Below are positions 12,155 through 27,456 of a stretch of DNA of 64,000 nt, one piece after another. The position numbers were made by a program, and so were the translations under genes. The stretch's first letter is position 1; the number at the start of each line of letters is the position of its first letter. This stretch comes from the human T2T-CHM13v2.0 reference genome, Homo sapiens. Where the stretch lies: assembly GCF_009914755.1 (NCBI RefSeq), contig NC_060926.1; one strand, written 5' to 3'. The notes below the pieces were generated by a model. The model was not told the origin of the DNA. It ran no database searches and worked only from the letters and a program-made list of their open reading frames with translations.

Positions 12155-13364
12155 GTACCTGGAATCCAAAAGAAGTGGTGTAGCTTATGTCCCGAATAGC
12201 CTCAGACGACGTGGATCATTAGGAAGTAAAGTACGAGGGAGAGACTCCCCATGTCTTTTGTATAATGTTATTAATGTAGTGCAAGAGCAGAGTTAATGGA
12301 TATTAGTGGTGAGTTTGTCAGCGTAGCAACCAGGCATAAGTTTACAATCCAGGGAAATGGCCTAAGCGATGTGTGTTTACTAACTTGAGAACCTGCTGGA
12401 GATGTGGCCCTGGGCCTGTCAATGCCGGAGTTAGTTCTTGGCAAGGCAGAGCCACTCTGCTGTGTGGATTAGTTGGGAGGCTGCAGAGAGGGTGCCTGCG
12501 GTTCTTGAGGGGGTTTCTGCTGTCCTCCCTGTGATGAAAGCAGGGCCTGCGGATGCAGCTTGAGGGAGTGGCCTGCCCCTTGTGAGGGCGGAGGCCGCAC
12601 AGGAACCTTTACGGAGGCGGAATGAACTTCCCCTTTCATTCAATGAATGTGATCAGAGAACTTAATGAGCACAGAGAATGAGGTCACCAAATCAGCGGGA
12701 AATAGGCTGTGATTCAGAAAAACAGTGGAAGGTTACTCAGAAAGCCAGGAGATGGGAGTTTCTTTTAAGCTGATGAAATTGCAAAGTGCTGAAGACTGAA
12801 TAAACCCCACTGAGAAAAGGAGGGAAGGAAGCCCCTGTTCGATTGTTGGATGAAGGTACCTGGTGGGTTGTTAGAAGTCTAAGAAAGCTCACCCCCACTC
12901 TCCCTCTTTTTAAATTATCAAACAGATTTCTAGCTTCATTATAAGGCAGAGAGGCTACTCTTTAGGGATAAGAGAGAAGCTGTAGCAACAGCTGCTTGAA
13001 AGATTTACGTAACGGTGCTGCAAAGGCTCCCAGGAGAAGGTTAGGTTTTCAGATGGAGATAAAAGTGAAGATGAGTCATGAGCCTGTTCCTGACACACAC
13101 TTTGTAGATTCAGATTCTTGGTGTCCAAGCAGAGGAGGGGAGATGTTCCCATAGAGTTCACTGGAGGCACTACTTCACGTAATGGAAACCTTTGTTCCAA
13201 TCATGAAGGGGACATCTCCAGAGAATTCGAGAAAATGCCAACATATAGGCAAGATCGATGCTAATCTAAGAAGAAATTAATTCAGGATATATGTCATGCC
13301 TATTGAAAGTAATTTACAAGATTAAGCCTAGTGGGCAATGATTTAATCACGGCAAAGAATGTGA

Positions 13365-13862
<498 letters not shown>

Positions 13863-14424
13863 TTAGAATAAAATGCTTGGCATGGATCGTTGTTCTCAAT
13901 CCATTTCAGTGATCACATCTGAATTTGGAGGGAGAATCTCAAATCCTAAATACGTGATCTTGTCTCCTCTGTCCATCACAATGTCCCAGAAATGCCAACA
14001 TTTCAAAGCCTACCTCTCCCAAACTGCCCAGAAACCTTGACAGACTGTTTTTATTTGGAAAATGTGTGATTTCCCACCTCACCTGGGCCTCAGAGGCAGG
14101 TTTCTTCCCTTTACCTGATCACATCTCTCTCCGTTGCCACATCAGCCGTTTCACGCATTTTCCACATCACTTTCCTCAGGCCACCCTCTCGTTTGGTGGG
14201 GGAGTGACTTCTTACATTATTTCCCCCTCCATTGTATAGAAAATAGAGACTCTCAAGTAAGGGGTTGGAGAAGCATAGCTCAGAGGACTTTTCTGGCAAT
14301 GTGAAGGAATTTCCTGCTATTATTGACTTTTTGGATACCAGATAATAGGCTTTCAGGGTATGACTTACCATGACCCCATGCTCTGTACCAATACAAAAAA
14401 ACTCTGCAGTTAAGATAAAAAATG

Positions 14425-15645
14425 TTTTTTAAAAAATTATAGTAAATTATATATGCCATAAATTTACTATCTTAACCACTCTTAAGCTGACAGTTCACTA
14501 GTGTTAAGTACATTCCCATTGTTGTACACCCATCACCACCCTTTTCATCTTCCCAAACTGAAACCCTGTGCCCATTAAACAGTAACTTCCTATGTCTATG
14601 TCTGTTCATGCTGCTATAGCAAAATACCCAAGACTGGGTAATTTATAAAGAGAAACTTATTGCTCACAGTTCTGGAGGCTGGGGAATCGAAGATCAAGGC
14701 ACTAGCCGATTTGGTGTCTGGTGAAGGCTCACTCTGCTTCCAAGACGGTGCCTTGCTGCTGTATCTTTGGGAGGGGAGGAATGCTGCACCCTCACGGGCA
14801 GAAGAGATGAAAGGGCCAAAAAAAAAAAAAAGGCAAACTGGACACTCCCTTCAGCCTCTTTTATAAGAGCACTAATCTTATTCAGGAGGACTCCATCCTC
14901 ATGACTTAATCACTTCCCAAAAGGCCCCACTCTCAATACTGTGACATTGGGTATTAGGTTCCAATGTATGAATTTTGGAGGGACACATATATTCAAATCA
15001 CTGCACCCCATTTGTCCCACCCTCACCCCTAGCAACCGCCATTCTACTTTCTTTCTGTCTCCTTTCTGAATTTGACTACTCTAGGTAGTATCTCATAAAT
15101 AGGTGCAATTATACAGTATTTGTCCTTCTGCCACTGGCTTATTTCACTTAGCGTAATGTCCTCAAGCTTCATCTATGTTGTAATATGTCAGAATTTCCAT
15201 CCTTTCTAAGGTTGATAATAGTCCATTATATGGATATACCACATCTTGTTTACTGATTCATCCACCCATGGACTTTTGGGTTGCTTCTACCTTTTGTCTG
15301 TTGGGAACAATGTTATGAATATGGGTGTACAAAATAGCTCTTTGAGATTCTGCTTTTCATTCTTTTGGATATATACTCAGAATGGAAGTTCTGAATCATA
15401 TATGGGGATTCTATTTTTAATGTTTTTTCCAGAAACCTTCATACTGTTTTCCATAGTGGCTGTACCATTTTACATTCCTACCAACAGTGCACAAAGTTCC
15501 CACATCCTGGCCAACACTTGTTATTTTCCCTGTTTTTGATAGTAGCCATCCTAATGGGTGTGAGGCAATATCTCATTGTGGTTTTTATTTGGATTTCCCT
15601 AATGATTCATTATTTTGAGCATCTTTTCATGTGCTTGTTGAAATT
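14425..15645 (-). mobile_element. L1MB-type LINE 3' fragment, interrupted by an MST LTR
   Basis: aatttactatcttaaccact...ttaagtacattc...cccattaaacagtaact, resuming at ~15010 with typical L1M 3' sequence. Confidence 0.8.
14595..15005 (-). mobile_element. MSTB-type MaLR LTR
   Basis: gctgctatagcaaaataccc...ctgggtaatttataaag...cacagttctggaggctggg...ttttggagggacac. Confidence 0.8.
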
Positions 15646-17036
15646 TTGACATAATATTTTAAAAAGTCAAAGTTAATGCCACAAAAATCCATGATGATGA
15701 AAATATCACAATTTCAAATAAAGACAGGCTCCAACAAGACTCTGTGAGGCCATATTGGAGCCTGAGGCAAGAGGAGAAATGTGTACCTCTCTATATATAT
15801 ATGTTTTTATTTATTATTTGTAATGATAATTTGTTTCTAGGTTATTAAGTTTAAAGATATTGAACAATTAAAAAGTGTATTAATACATTAAGTTTATTTT
15901 GGGAGTATATTTATATCTCTCACTAAAGTTTTTATTCATCACACATACTTTCAAAGTTACTTTCTCACATTTCTTATAATTTACAACTCTGAATTGAAAA
16001 TGAAATAAATAGACTTAGAACATACTTGTTAATTGATGAATTTGTTTCCATCAAGATTAGGAGTGTAAAATAATAACAAATTCTGTTTTGGTACAAATAA
16101 AATAATGTAAATTATTTAAATTAAAAACATTCCTACTTTTTAATTTTCTAGTATTTTTTCAACTACTTTAGTGTTCTGGGAAAAAATTACCCATTGCAAA
16201 TCCATGCCATCATGTGTGCAGGGGTACACATCGCATTGCTCCCCTTTGCCTCTGCCTCCAACATGGCTCCATGTGGCCCTGCTCAGCAGGCCCCTCCCCA
16301 CCTTCTAACACCATCCACTTTCCTCTTCCACATGCACCTCGTTTTCAACCTCTGTCTGAATGTCTGCCATCTCTTGGGCCATGTGAACTTGCTCTCATGT
16401 AAGCTCTGGAAGATGCTCCTTTGCTTCCCTGCTTCCTTCCATGTAAACATTACCTTTCTGGGAAGCCTTCCGTGGCCAGTGTCTCCCGTCTGCCCTTTTA
16501 GGCTGCTTGTTGAGGCATCTGCTGCAGCATACAAGCCATAGACAGGACAGTACCTTTTAATGGTAATTTGGGAAGGTCCAGAAACCAGAGCAGGCAAGAA
16601 GTTCTGTTCACAAACTCCTGTATGCTAGAGAGATCCATTAAAAATTCCATAATTGTATTTTTTCATGAGCTCGCCCGTATTTTCTTACACACTGGGGGAA
16701 AACTTGCAGAATTCCTGTTTTTCCCTGCTGCGTATGCCCCCTGAGCCCAGGAAGCACAGAGTGATGACAAATATGTGTGGGGCGGGGGCGCGGATCTCAT
16801 AATATTCATGACATGGTCTCCACCATCTGCACCTCCTGAAGCAAATCTCGATGTTTCCAGAAAGGAATAATTACTCACCTGCGTGAGGGTGGGGCTAGGT
16901 TGCTGGCCTGCGCTGGGCTCCCAGGCCCTTGGTGCAGCTACTTGGCTGGGTGGTCAGAATCCCAGGGCCCCAAAAGCTGAGTGCCTGAACCTGGGTACGT
17001 GGCGGTTGTCTCAGCTTTTACTTCCAGGGATGACTG

Positions 17037-18462
17037 TGAGAGGTGACAGCGTGCTGGCAGTCCTCACAGCCTCGCTCACTCTCAGTGCCTCCTCTGCCTG
17101 GGCTCCCACTTTGGCGGCACTTGAGGAGTCCTTCAGTCCGCCGCTGCACTGTGGGAGCCCATTTCTGGGCTGACCAAGGCCGGAGTCGGCTCCCTCAGCT
17201 TGCAGGGAGGTGTGGAGGGAGAGGCACGAGCGGGAGCCGGGGCTGCGCGTGGAGCTTGCAGGCCAGCTGGAGTTCCGGGTGGCTGTGGGCTTGGCAGGCC
17301 CCGCACTCGGAGCAGCCGGCCGGCCCTGCCGGCCCCAGGCAATGAGGGGCTTAGCACCCAGGCCAGCAGCTGCGGAGGGTGTACTGGGTCCCCCAGCAGT
17401 GCCGGCCCACCGGAGCTGCTCTCGATTTCTCGCCAGGCCTTAGCTGCCTTCCCGCGGGGCAGGCCTCGGGACTGCAGCCCGCCATACCTGAGCCTTCCCC
17501 CGCCTCCGTGGGCTCCTGTGCAGCCCAAGCCTCCCCGACGAGCGCCACCCCCTGCTCCACGGTGCCCAGTCCCATCGACCACCCAAGCGCTGAGGAGTGC
17601 GGGCGCACGGTGCAGGACTGGCAGGCAGCTCCACCTGAAGCCCCTGTGTGGGATCCACTGGGTGAAGCCAGCGGGGCTCCTGAGTCTGGTGGGGACGTGG
17701 AGAACCTTTATGTCTAGCTCAGGGATTGTAAATACACCAATCGGCACTCTGTGTCTAGCTCAAGGTTTGTAAACACACCAATCAGAACCCTGTGTCTAGC
17801 TCAGGGTTTGTGAATGCACCAATTGACACTCTGTATCTAGCTACTCTGGTGGGGCCTTGGAGAACCTTTGTGTGGACACTCTGTATCTAGTTAATCTAGT
17901 GGGGACGTGGAGAACCTTTGTGTCTAGCTCAGGGATTGTAAACGCACCAATCAGCGCCCTGTCAAAACAGACCACTCGGCTCTACCAATCAGCAGAATGT
18001 GGGTGGGGCCAGATAAGAGAATAAAAGCAGGCTGCCCGAGCCAGCAGTGGTAACCCCCTCAGGTCCCCTCAGGCTGTGGAAGCTTTGTTCTTTCGCTCTT
18101 TGCAATAAATCTTGCTACTGCTCACTCTTTGGGTCCATACTGTTTTCATGAGCTGTAACACTCACCGCAAAGGTCTGCAGCTTCACTCCTGAAGCCAGCG
18201 AGACCACAAGCCCACCGGGAGGAACGAACAACTCCAGAAGCGCCGCCTTAAGAGCTGTAACACTCACCGTGAAGGTCTGCGGCTTCACTCCTGAGCCAGC
18301 GAGACCACGAACCCACCAGAAGGAAGAAACTCCGAACACATCCGAACATCAGAAGGAACAAACTCCAGATGCTCCACCTTAAGAGCTGTAACACGCACCG
18401 CGAAGGTCCGTGGCTTCATTCTTGAAGTCAGTGAGACCAAGAACCCACCAATTCCGGACACA
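17037..18462 (+). mobile_element. ERV9 solo LTR (LTR12C), full length, sense to VWA3B
   Basis: Starts TGAGAGGTGACAGCGTGCTGGCAG and ends CCAATTCCGGACACA. GC/CpG-rich U3, tandem CCAAT subrepeats at 17700-17990, U5 tandem repeats, 4-bp TSD ACTG/ACCG. Confidence 0.96.
17700..18110 (+). promoter_or_regulatory. LTR12C enhancer/promoter core: repeated CCAAT (NF-Y), GATA (18011-18017), TATA-like AATAAAA (18020-18026), polyA signal AATAAA (18104-18109)
   Basis: Motifs read directly, in the known ERV9 LTR order. Activity at this locus is not shown. Confidence 0.7.
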
Positions 18463-19446
18463 ACCGCATGCCTTAGAGATTCTCCTTCCTCCCAGCACTG
18501 ACCCATCCCATCCAGGAATGCTCACCAGCCTCAGATGAGTTCCCCTCCCTGGGCAGAGCAGGATCTTTGGCTTGGATTTACAGAGTGCAGGAGATTTAGT
18601 CTGGCAGATGCTGCTGACCGGAAGCTGCCACTCATCTTCTAAGCCTCTCCTCCTCGTAGCTGTCCTTCCCCTTGGCTTTCAGCCCAGCATTGGCTGGATC
18701 CCTGCCCCTGTTACCACTCCTGGGGCACTGAATGGGGGAGGTGGGTGTTCCGTTAAGGAGGCAGCACCTTCCCTCCCATACTTCTCTGTGTGAAGGTATT
18801 CCTGCCTCTTTCTCTCTTTATGATGGGCTTGGCTGTCTGCTGGAGAGGGTAAGGGGCACCAATGGGACATAGATTATTATGGGACCAGAGCGATGCTCCC
18901 TTTTGGTGCTCCTCTGAACCACCCAGCCCCCAGCAGCTTGTCTTCCCTTCTCTGTTAATAAGCGTGGATTTTCTTCATGGCCTGTGTCTACCATGAAATA
19001 TTAATATTCATCTTACCCATAAGCAAAATAAGACAGAGTCACATTGAGCTTCCCTGAACTCTAGGAATTTTCCTTGGAAAAGATCCCTTTCCAAGACTGG
19101 GCAGCATTTTCCCCATTCTTGCCTTGGGGTCTCAGTTTCCCCTGTCCACAGTCTTGTGGCATGTGCCCCAGGCCCCCTCACCAATGGCCAGTTAAGAGGT
19201 GAGCCTGATGGGCAGGTAGCAGGGTCACATTGCCTTGGCACCTGGCTCTCAGGGAATCTGTTGGACAGTCCTCCTACCCAACTTCCGGAAGCCTTTTAAA
19301 CATGGCAGCCGCCCATTGACTGTGGTGACACTTTTCATCTGCTCTGGTTGGCAGGGTTTCATGTGGTGCTGCTGAAGGAGACCTTTTTGCTTCAGAATCT
19401 GAAACAGAGGCCTGAAAAATCATCTTCTATGCCTCTCTGTTTCTGT

Positions 19447-19860
19447 GTGTATGCGTCTGTTTTGCACTGCGATAAAGGAACACCTGAGGCTGGGTAATTT
19501 ATAAAGAAAAGAGGTTTATTAGGCTCAGCGTTCTGCAGGCTGTGCAAGCAGGGCACCAGCATCTGCTCAGCTTCTGGTAAGGCCTCAGGAAACTTCCGAA
19601 AGCCTTTTAAATATGGCAGAAGGCAAAGGGGGAGCCAGTGCATTACGTGGAGAGAGAGGGAGTGAGAAGGGGGAGGACTCAGACTCTTCTTAACTATCAC
19701 ATCTCATGGAAACTCATTACCACAGAGAGGGAGGGCACCAAGTCATTCAGGAGGGATCTGCCCTTGTCACCCACACACCTTCCACCAGGCCCCATCTCTG
19801 ATACTGGGAATCACATGTCAACATGAGATGTGGAGAGGACAGACATCCAAACTCTTATCA
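19447..19860 (-). mobile_element. MSTB-type MaLR LTR
   Basis: gataaaggaacacctgaggctgggtaatttataaagaaaagaggttt...acatccaaactcttatca. Confidence 0.85.
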
Positions 19861-21059
19861 CTGGGCATTCTTGGGAGTCAGGGAAACTCATCTTTTAAGC
19901 AAACTCTCAAGTGGCCTTCCTGCTGGCCACTTCACACCTGACCAGGGCTTAAAAGTATTCTGTGATATTCTTTGAACCTTAATCTTACCATGATGTTCTC
20001 CAAGTCAGCAGTGACTTCCAGGAGGCCACACCCCTCTCTGCCCACCAGTTAGTCATGGTCTTAGCTGTCCCCTCCGGAAGAACTGGCTCCAGTGCATTGG
20101 TTGTGTAGGTGACACTGCCTGAGGTCCTGGCAGACCCAAGTGAGGCCCCCTAAGTGGCAGATTTGAATTTCTGGTCACCAAAACAAGGCCGATTACTTAC
20201 TTTGATTTCTAGAATTCAGTTTAATTTTTTATTCCAGTCTCCTCTCCTCTGGTTGGGTGGGAAATAAAGCTCAGTCCTTGTCCCCATCCCGAGCTTTACC
20301 CACAGTTTGGAGACCCTAGGCAGTGTTTATGCATCAGGAGGTGGGGTCTAGTCGTTGGATATCTGTTCTGGAAAATCACACCATAAATACCCCTTGTCCC
20401 TGCCTTATTGCCGCTTCAGGCTGAACAGCTCTCTGCTGCTCCCGTGCTGGGCTGTGGATGTGAAAATCTTTTGTAGACCCTGCCCCGCCTCCCTGGATTC
20501 CCCCCATGCAGGCTTCCTCCCAGGGTGCTGCAAAGAACTGAGGCCAGTTCCTGTCTTCTCTTGGGGCCTGTCTCCTGTTCTCCCCCAAGCCAAAGGCAGG
20601 CTCCCTTTTATCTGAGAAAAAGCCTGGCTCCTTCCAGCTTCTTCAAAGCTACCTGCTTTGTAAACCGTAATACCTCTCCTAGGGGTTCAGGCTTAAAAAA
20701 GCCTGAATGTCTTGCAGCCTACTTCATCTTTCTACACTGCCATAGGCCTCCCTGGGGGCAAGTTTGCAATGAGCCTGGTATCTGCTCAAGTGTGGAGGAG
20801 GAGATAGAGAGGGGAAAACAGATGATCCTCGCAGAATATGATCCATCCATGTGCATAAATGTGACCTTCTGTAAGTGCCAGAGGCATGATGTTAAACCCT
20901 AACAGATGGCTCTTCTGTGGAGGTGGAGACCACTGAGATAACTTAATTAGTTACTCTGTTTTTTGATGTTCTAAAACAACACTTCAAGAATAGATGTTGG
21001 AGAATGGTAAATGAAGAGCTGGCAGTCTCTTGAGTGAGGCATGCAGCTCTAGAGTACGA

Positions 21060-21681
<622 letters not shown>

Positions 21682-21903
21682 AGCTGTGTACCCCTGAGCA
21701 TCTTATTTAAGTTTTCTGCCTTATTTTCTTCATCTGTAAAATGGGAATAATATGTTGTTTCTATTATGCTATATTAGCTGTGTTACATGGTGGGGAGGCA
21801 GAGAGGAATGAGGCACTGTCCTATATTCAGGGAACTCAAATATAGTAAAATAAAAAAAACCTGGGCTTTGGAGTCAGACCTGTATGAATTTGTCACTTAT
21901 TAG

Positions 21904-22296
<393 letters not shown>

Positions 22297-22768
22297 TAGG
22301 TTGTTAGGAATATATCTCTATATAAGAATATATATTAATACATGTATGTATGCATATATATGTATGGATGGATGGATATATATGTATGTATGCATGGTTA
22401 TATGTGTATACATGCATATATATGAAAAATGTTTTCTATGGTCTCTAGCACACAGTTAACCAATCAATAAATTATAGTTGTCATTATTGTCATAACCATC
22501 ATCATTTGCAGTTACCCTGTTAATGTTATTATCACTAGGTAAACAACTTAAAAACTAAGTCTTATTATCTTTACTTCTCTTCTGTAATCCTAATTCCTAC
22601 TTTTTTTTTTTAGTTCTATCACTAAATATATTGTACTCAGTTCCCAATTCGAGTCCATTCCATTTACTTTGGTTTCCTGAGTTCTCTCTTGGTTGGCTGA
22701 AGTTCCTCTTCTAGTCATTCCTTCGAGAAGGGCTTCCTTCCATTCAAGGAATAATGGTGCCCATAGGG

Positions 22769-23075
<307 letters not shown>

Positions 23076-23940
23076 ATCCCCAGAGTTTTCGAATGTCCTT
23101 TTCTGCAGTCTTTACACACTGAAAGGACAGCCTGGCTGCTACAATGCCCTTGGCTCACTTTTCTCCCTTGAGTGGCTCAGGAGCTGTGCTCCCACATCCT
23201 CTCTGCTGCATGCTGCTGAGGAGAAATCTGAGGCCAGCTCGATTAGTTTTTCTTTTGTGAGTGACTTTATCTTTTTGCCTGGTTGCCCCCAAAATTCTTT
23301 TTTGATCTTTAAAGTCCATTAAGTGTTAGGATTTGTCTCAATGCTGGCTGCTGTGGTCGATTTTCCCTGGCCTACAGTGTACCCTTTCCGTCTGTATACT
23401 CCAGACTTCTATTTTAGACAAGATTCCTTGGATTGTATCTTTAAATATTTGTCCTGTTCCATTTTATTCTTATTTTAAATTGGACAAATATATTACATGT
23501 TGCTTTGTATGTGCCAGGCACTCTTCCAGCCTCTTACCAAATTCCAGCTCACTCAATCTTCATAACATACCCCCATGGAGTAGGTACTATTATTATTTTC
23601 ATTTTAGTGATGGAGAAACCGAAACAGAAGGTGGTTGAGAAACTTGTCCAAATTCACATAACTATTAATAGCACATGGCAGAGTCAGGATTCAAACTCAA
23701 GACTGTTCTCATAACCATTGCATTATGCTGGTTTTCTTCAGAGACTCATTTTATCTGTCTGGTGTATCTCCTTTAACAGTCTTCTACATCTATTATTTTC
23801 TCTCTGACATTTTTAAGCACTTTATTTCTGCCTGCGTTCACCCTCTGTGGTTTCTCACAGTGAGTTCCATAGCACTTTTTTTCATTGAGCTTACATCAAT
23901 TTCATCTTAACTGCTGTGATTTTTTTTCCTCTTTCCTGAG

Positions 23941-24250
23941 TGTTTTTTTTTTGAGACAGGTTCTCACTCTGTTGCCTAGGCTGGAATGCAGTGACGTGAT
24001 CAAAGATCACTGCAACCTTAAACTCCTGGGTTCAAGGGATCTTCCTGCCTCAGCCTTCTAAAGCCCTGGGACTACAGGCACGTGCCACTATGCCCAGATA
24101 ATTTTTTATTTTTGCAGAGATTAGGGTTGGGTTTTGGGGGGATCTCGCTATGTTTTCCAGGCTGGTCTCAAACTCCTGGCCTCAAGTGATCTTCCTGCCT
24201 TGGCCTCTCAAACTGCTGGGATTACAGGTATGAGCCACTGCACCTAGCCC
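23941..24250 (-). mobile_element. AluJ
   Basis: Diverged Alu with J-type features. Confidence 0.88.
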
Positions 24251-25904
24251 TTTCCTAATTTTTTTTTATATTTCATCTTTTCTTGTTGCCTTTCCGTGTC
24301 ATTTTTGAGTTCTTGAATTTCTGCTTTGTGTTCTTTCCTCAGGGAGATGATGGCTTCATATAGATATTTAATTCACAGAAAAAATGTTGGATCGTAATTG
24401 TAAGGACTCCTTGGTAACATTTTTAGTGAGTGTTCTTCTTCTCTTGGTAGTTTTACTGCTCTTTTCCGCATAAGTTTCTTATAGTATCCTTGTTTGGATG
24501 CTATGTATCAGCTTCCATTTATTGATCACCATGGAATGGACACAAGCTATCTGCAGGCATGTCCTAGGGGAGGAAAGGTAGGGAAGGGGCTAAGATAGCC
24601 ATCTATGCTTCACAACTCAGGGGCTCTCTGCTTTTTTGCTGCTGCAGGGACAGAGTGGTTCCTGCATATAAGTTTGTTCTGGGTGATGCTTTGCGAAGCC
24701 CTACCTCTTTGCCTCTCTTAACCAAGTAGGCAGATTTTGCTGTCAGCACTTGTCATTGAGGTTCTAGCATCCAGGTTGCCAACAAGGCTCACCTTTGACT
24801 GTGGGTGAGGCACCCCCCACTTCCTCAGAGCTGCCACAGCCCTTTTGACCACTCTGGGTACACATTCTCTGTGCTTTCTTCTGCATTGCTTCTGTCCCAT
24901 CTCAGCTGTTCTCCATAGCCCTTATCAGTATGTTATTTTTGTCTCCTAGTTTAGAGGAAAAAAGGTGTTTGTGTTTTCTTTTCCACTCTCATTTACCCTC
25001 ATAATTTCTAGAAAAGGGAAACAGTATTGACTTATATAGCTTCGTTCATCCTGGAAGTAAAGGCTAAGTATAAACGTTCCAAGATGTATGAAGGCGTGGG
25101 CTCTAAGAGCAAATGTGGAACCTGATGTCTTCATCAACTGTGTGGAGTGGACAGTGTCAGCCACTTTTTTTGGTCATAGGGTTATGTGGCATACATTATG
25201 TTGCCACTCATTTAAATAAAATTGATAAAGTATCATTTGAATACTTAGCCCATCTATTCTTAATTTCGCAAATTCCAAAATAACTTTTGAAAGCATGATA
25301 TACAATTGTGGTGTTTTAAAAGAGAATGTAATTTGTAATATTAGAAAATAACTTTCATCCTTTGTTTTGTTCTCTTACTACTACATCAGATATCTCCTGA
25401 TGTAATTAATTAGAAACCATGATGTTTCTAATTATTGGACCAGGGAAGTGTTGCTTGGTGCATGCATACATTATCTCATTAGTATGAGGCTGGGGGTCTG
25501 AATCCAGGCTGTCAGGAGCACCTGACTATATTGCACTCTCCAGACATAATATAGACGATTTGGAAAATATGGAGAAGAGAGGAAAAGAAACATTCTTGCC
25601 ATCCAGATATTTACACCGTTGGATATTTTGGTATATTTCCTACAGGTCTTCTCACTATATACTTAAAAATAATTAAGGCATAAATATATTATTGTACAAA
25701 TTGAATATTGAATTTTCTACTTAATATAGAATCAAGTATTTTCCCACATTACTATAAAATTTTTGTAGTTGACATTAAAAATATCAAATACTTCATTAAA
25801 GTTCTATATTAGAGTTTTGTCGATCATTTCCTATTAGATATTTGGGTAATTTCAATTTTCTTTTGCTATCAGAGATCATACTGCACTTATCTTTTTTGGG
25901 GTGT

Positions 25905-26297
25905 ATTTTTTTTCTTTTTTTAATTATTATTATACTTTAAGTTCTAGGGTACATGTGCACAACGTGCAGGTTTGTTACATATGTATACATGTGCCATGTT
26001 GGTGTGCTGCACCCATTAACTCGTCATTTACATTAGGTATATCTCCTAATGCTATCACTCCCCCCTCCCCCCACCCCACGACAGGCCCCTGTGTGTGATG
26101 TTCCCCTTCCTGTGTCCAAGTGTTCTCATTGTTCAATTCCCTATTCAGTTCCCTATGAGTGAGAACATGCGGTGTTTGGTTTTTAGTCCTTGCAATAGTT
26201 TGCTGGGAATGATGGTTTCCAGCTTCATCCATGTCCCTACAAAGGACAGGAACTCATCCTTTTTTATGGCTGCATAGTATTCCATGGTGTATATGTG
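25905..26297 (-). mobile_element. 5'-truncated L1PA (primate) 3' end
   Basis: attatactttaagttctagggtacatgtgcacaacgtgcagg 3'UTR; ORF2 tail relic MEYYAAIKKDEFLSFVGTWMKLETII; approximate TSD ggtgtattt. Confidence 0.93.
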
Positions 26298-27456
26298 TTG
26301 TGTGGTGTATTTACTCCTGTAGTTTAGATTTTTTAAAACATAAATTTCTGATAGTGAAAATACTGAATCAAAATGTTTGAACATTGTGGGGTAATCTCTC
26401 ATGTTGAATTGCTTTCCAAAAAATACTTTAAGACAATATAATTCACACCCATTTCACAGAACCTGAATTAGCATAAAAATAGTATCTCATTGTTTCCATC
26501 TGAATTTCTTTGATGAAGAAATTCGTGTCAATTAGTATTAAACAGTAGTGAAGTTGAACATTTTTGGATTTGTTAACTTCTTTTGTAAACTGCCTGTTTG
26601 TCTATTACCCTTTTACTTGCGGGGGTCTTGTGTTTCTTATCACATTGTGTGAACAGTCTTTGGTGTATTACATATGGATAATTTATGTTGGTCATTGTGT
26701 TCCTTTTCATTTTGGCTGTTTTTTATAGGCAACCATAAAATTTGCACAGTAACTGTAATCTATAAATCCTGCAGTTCCTTCGTAACTGTATTTCTTCTCC
26801 TTTTGGTTCTTTATTGCCTGAGTTTAAAACAAAAGCAAAAATTGTTTTGGTCCTTCTAGATTTATTTTGAAGTATGGTGTGATGTGGGAATATAAATGGA
26901 TTTTCCCTAAAATATGTAACAACTGCCTTCACACCACTCATGCACCCTTTCTCCACTGACCTCTGTGCTACCCTTTGTAATATATTATATTCTTCTATAT
27001 GACACTTGCTCCTGGACCATCTGCTGTGCTTCAGGGCTCTTTCTCTTTCTAGTCTGAGGTTGGTCATGACCATTTGACCATGATTTGTTTTTCCACCTAC
27101 CCTTATATTTATCATAGATGTGAAGAATGGGCTTCACGTTATCCAAATAAACGTTCATCTTGAATGTTGCTTGCTGGACTGACTCTTCTAAGGGGAGTGC
27201 ACATGTGTGCTTGGTTTCTGTGCTGTCTCATTCAAGGCACACTATTTTTCTCATAGTATTTACTGACATTCTAAGCTTTTTGGGTTTTGCTCCAAATACA
27301 TTTTTCTTCTCTCTTCTTTGGTTTATTGACATAATTTGGTTAGCTCCAGTGATATACTTTGAAAGAAAAAAGATTGAGCTGTATCAGCAGTTTGCTTACT
27401 GCAGCTTTGCTTTTTGGTGTATTAAAGCCTTAAACATTTTGAAACAATAATATTAT

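Noticed and set aside
15650-16190. AT-rich block with a possible DNA-transposon end
   Set aside because: I could not assign a family or termini with confidence.
17043-17772. Cluster of overlapping ORFs up to 204 aa and apparent CpG island
   Set aside because: This is the GC-rich U3 of LTR12C, not a gene or host promoter.
17690-18420. Regularly spaced repeats resembling a CRISPR-like array
   Set aside because: Known ERV9 U3/U5 subrepeats with no unique spacers, in a eukaryotic context.
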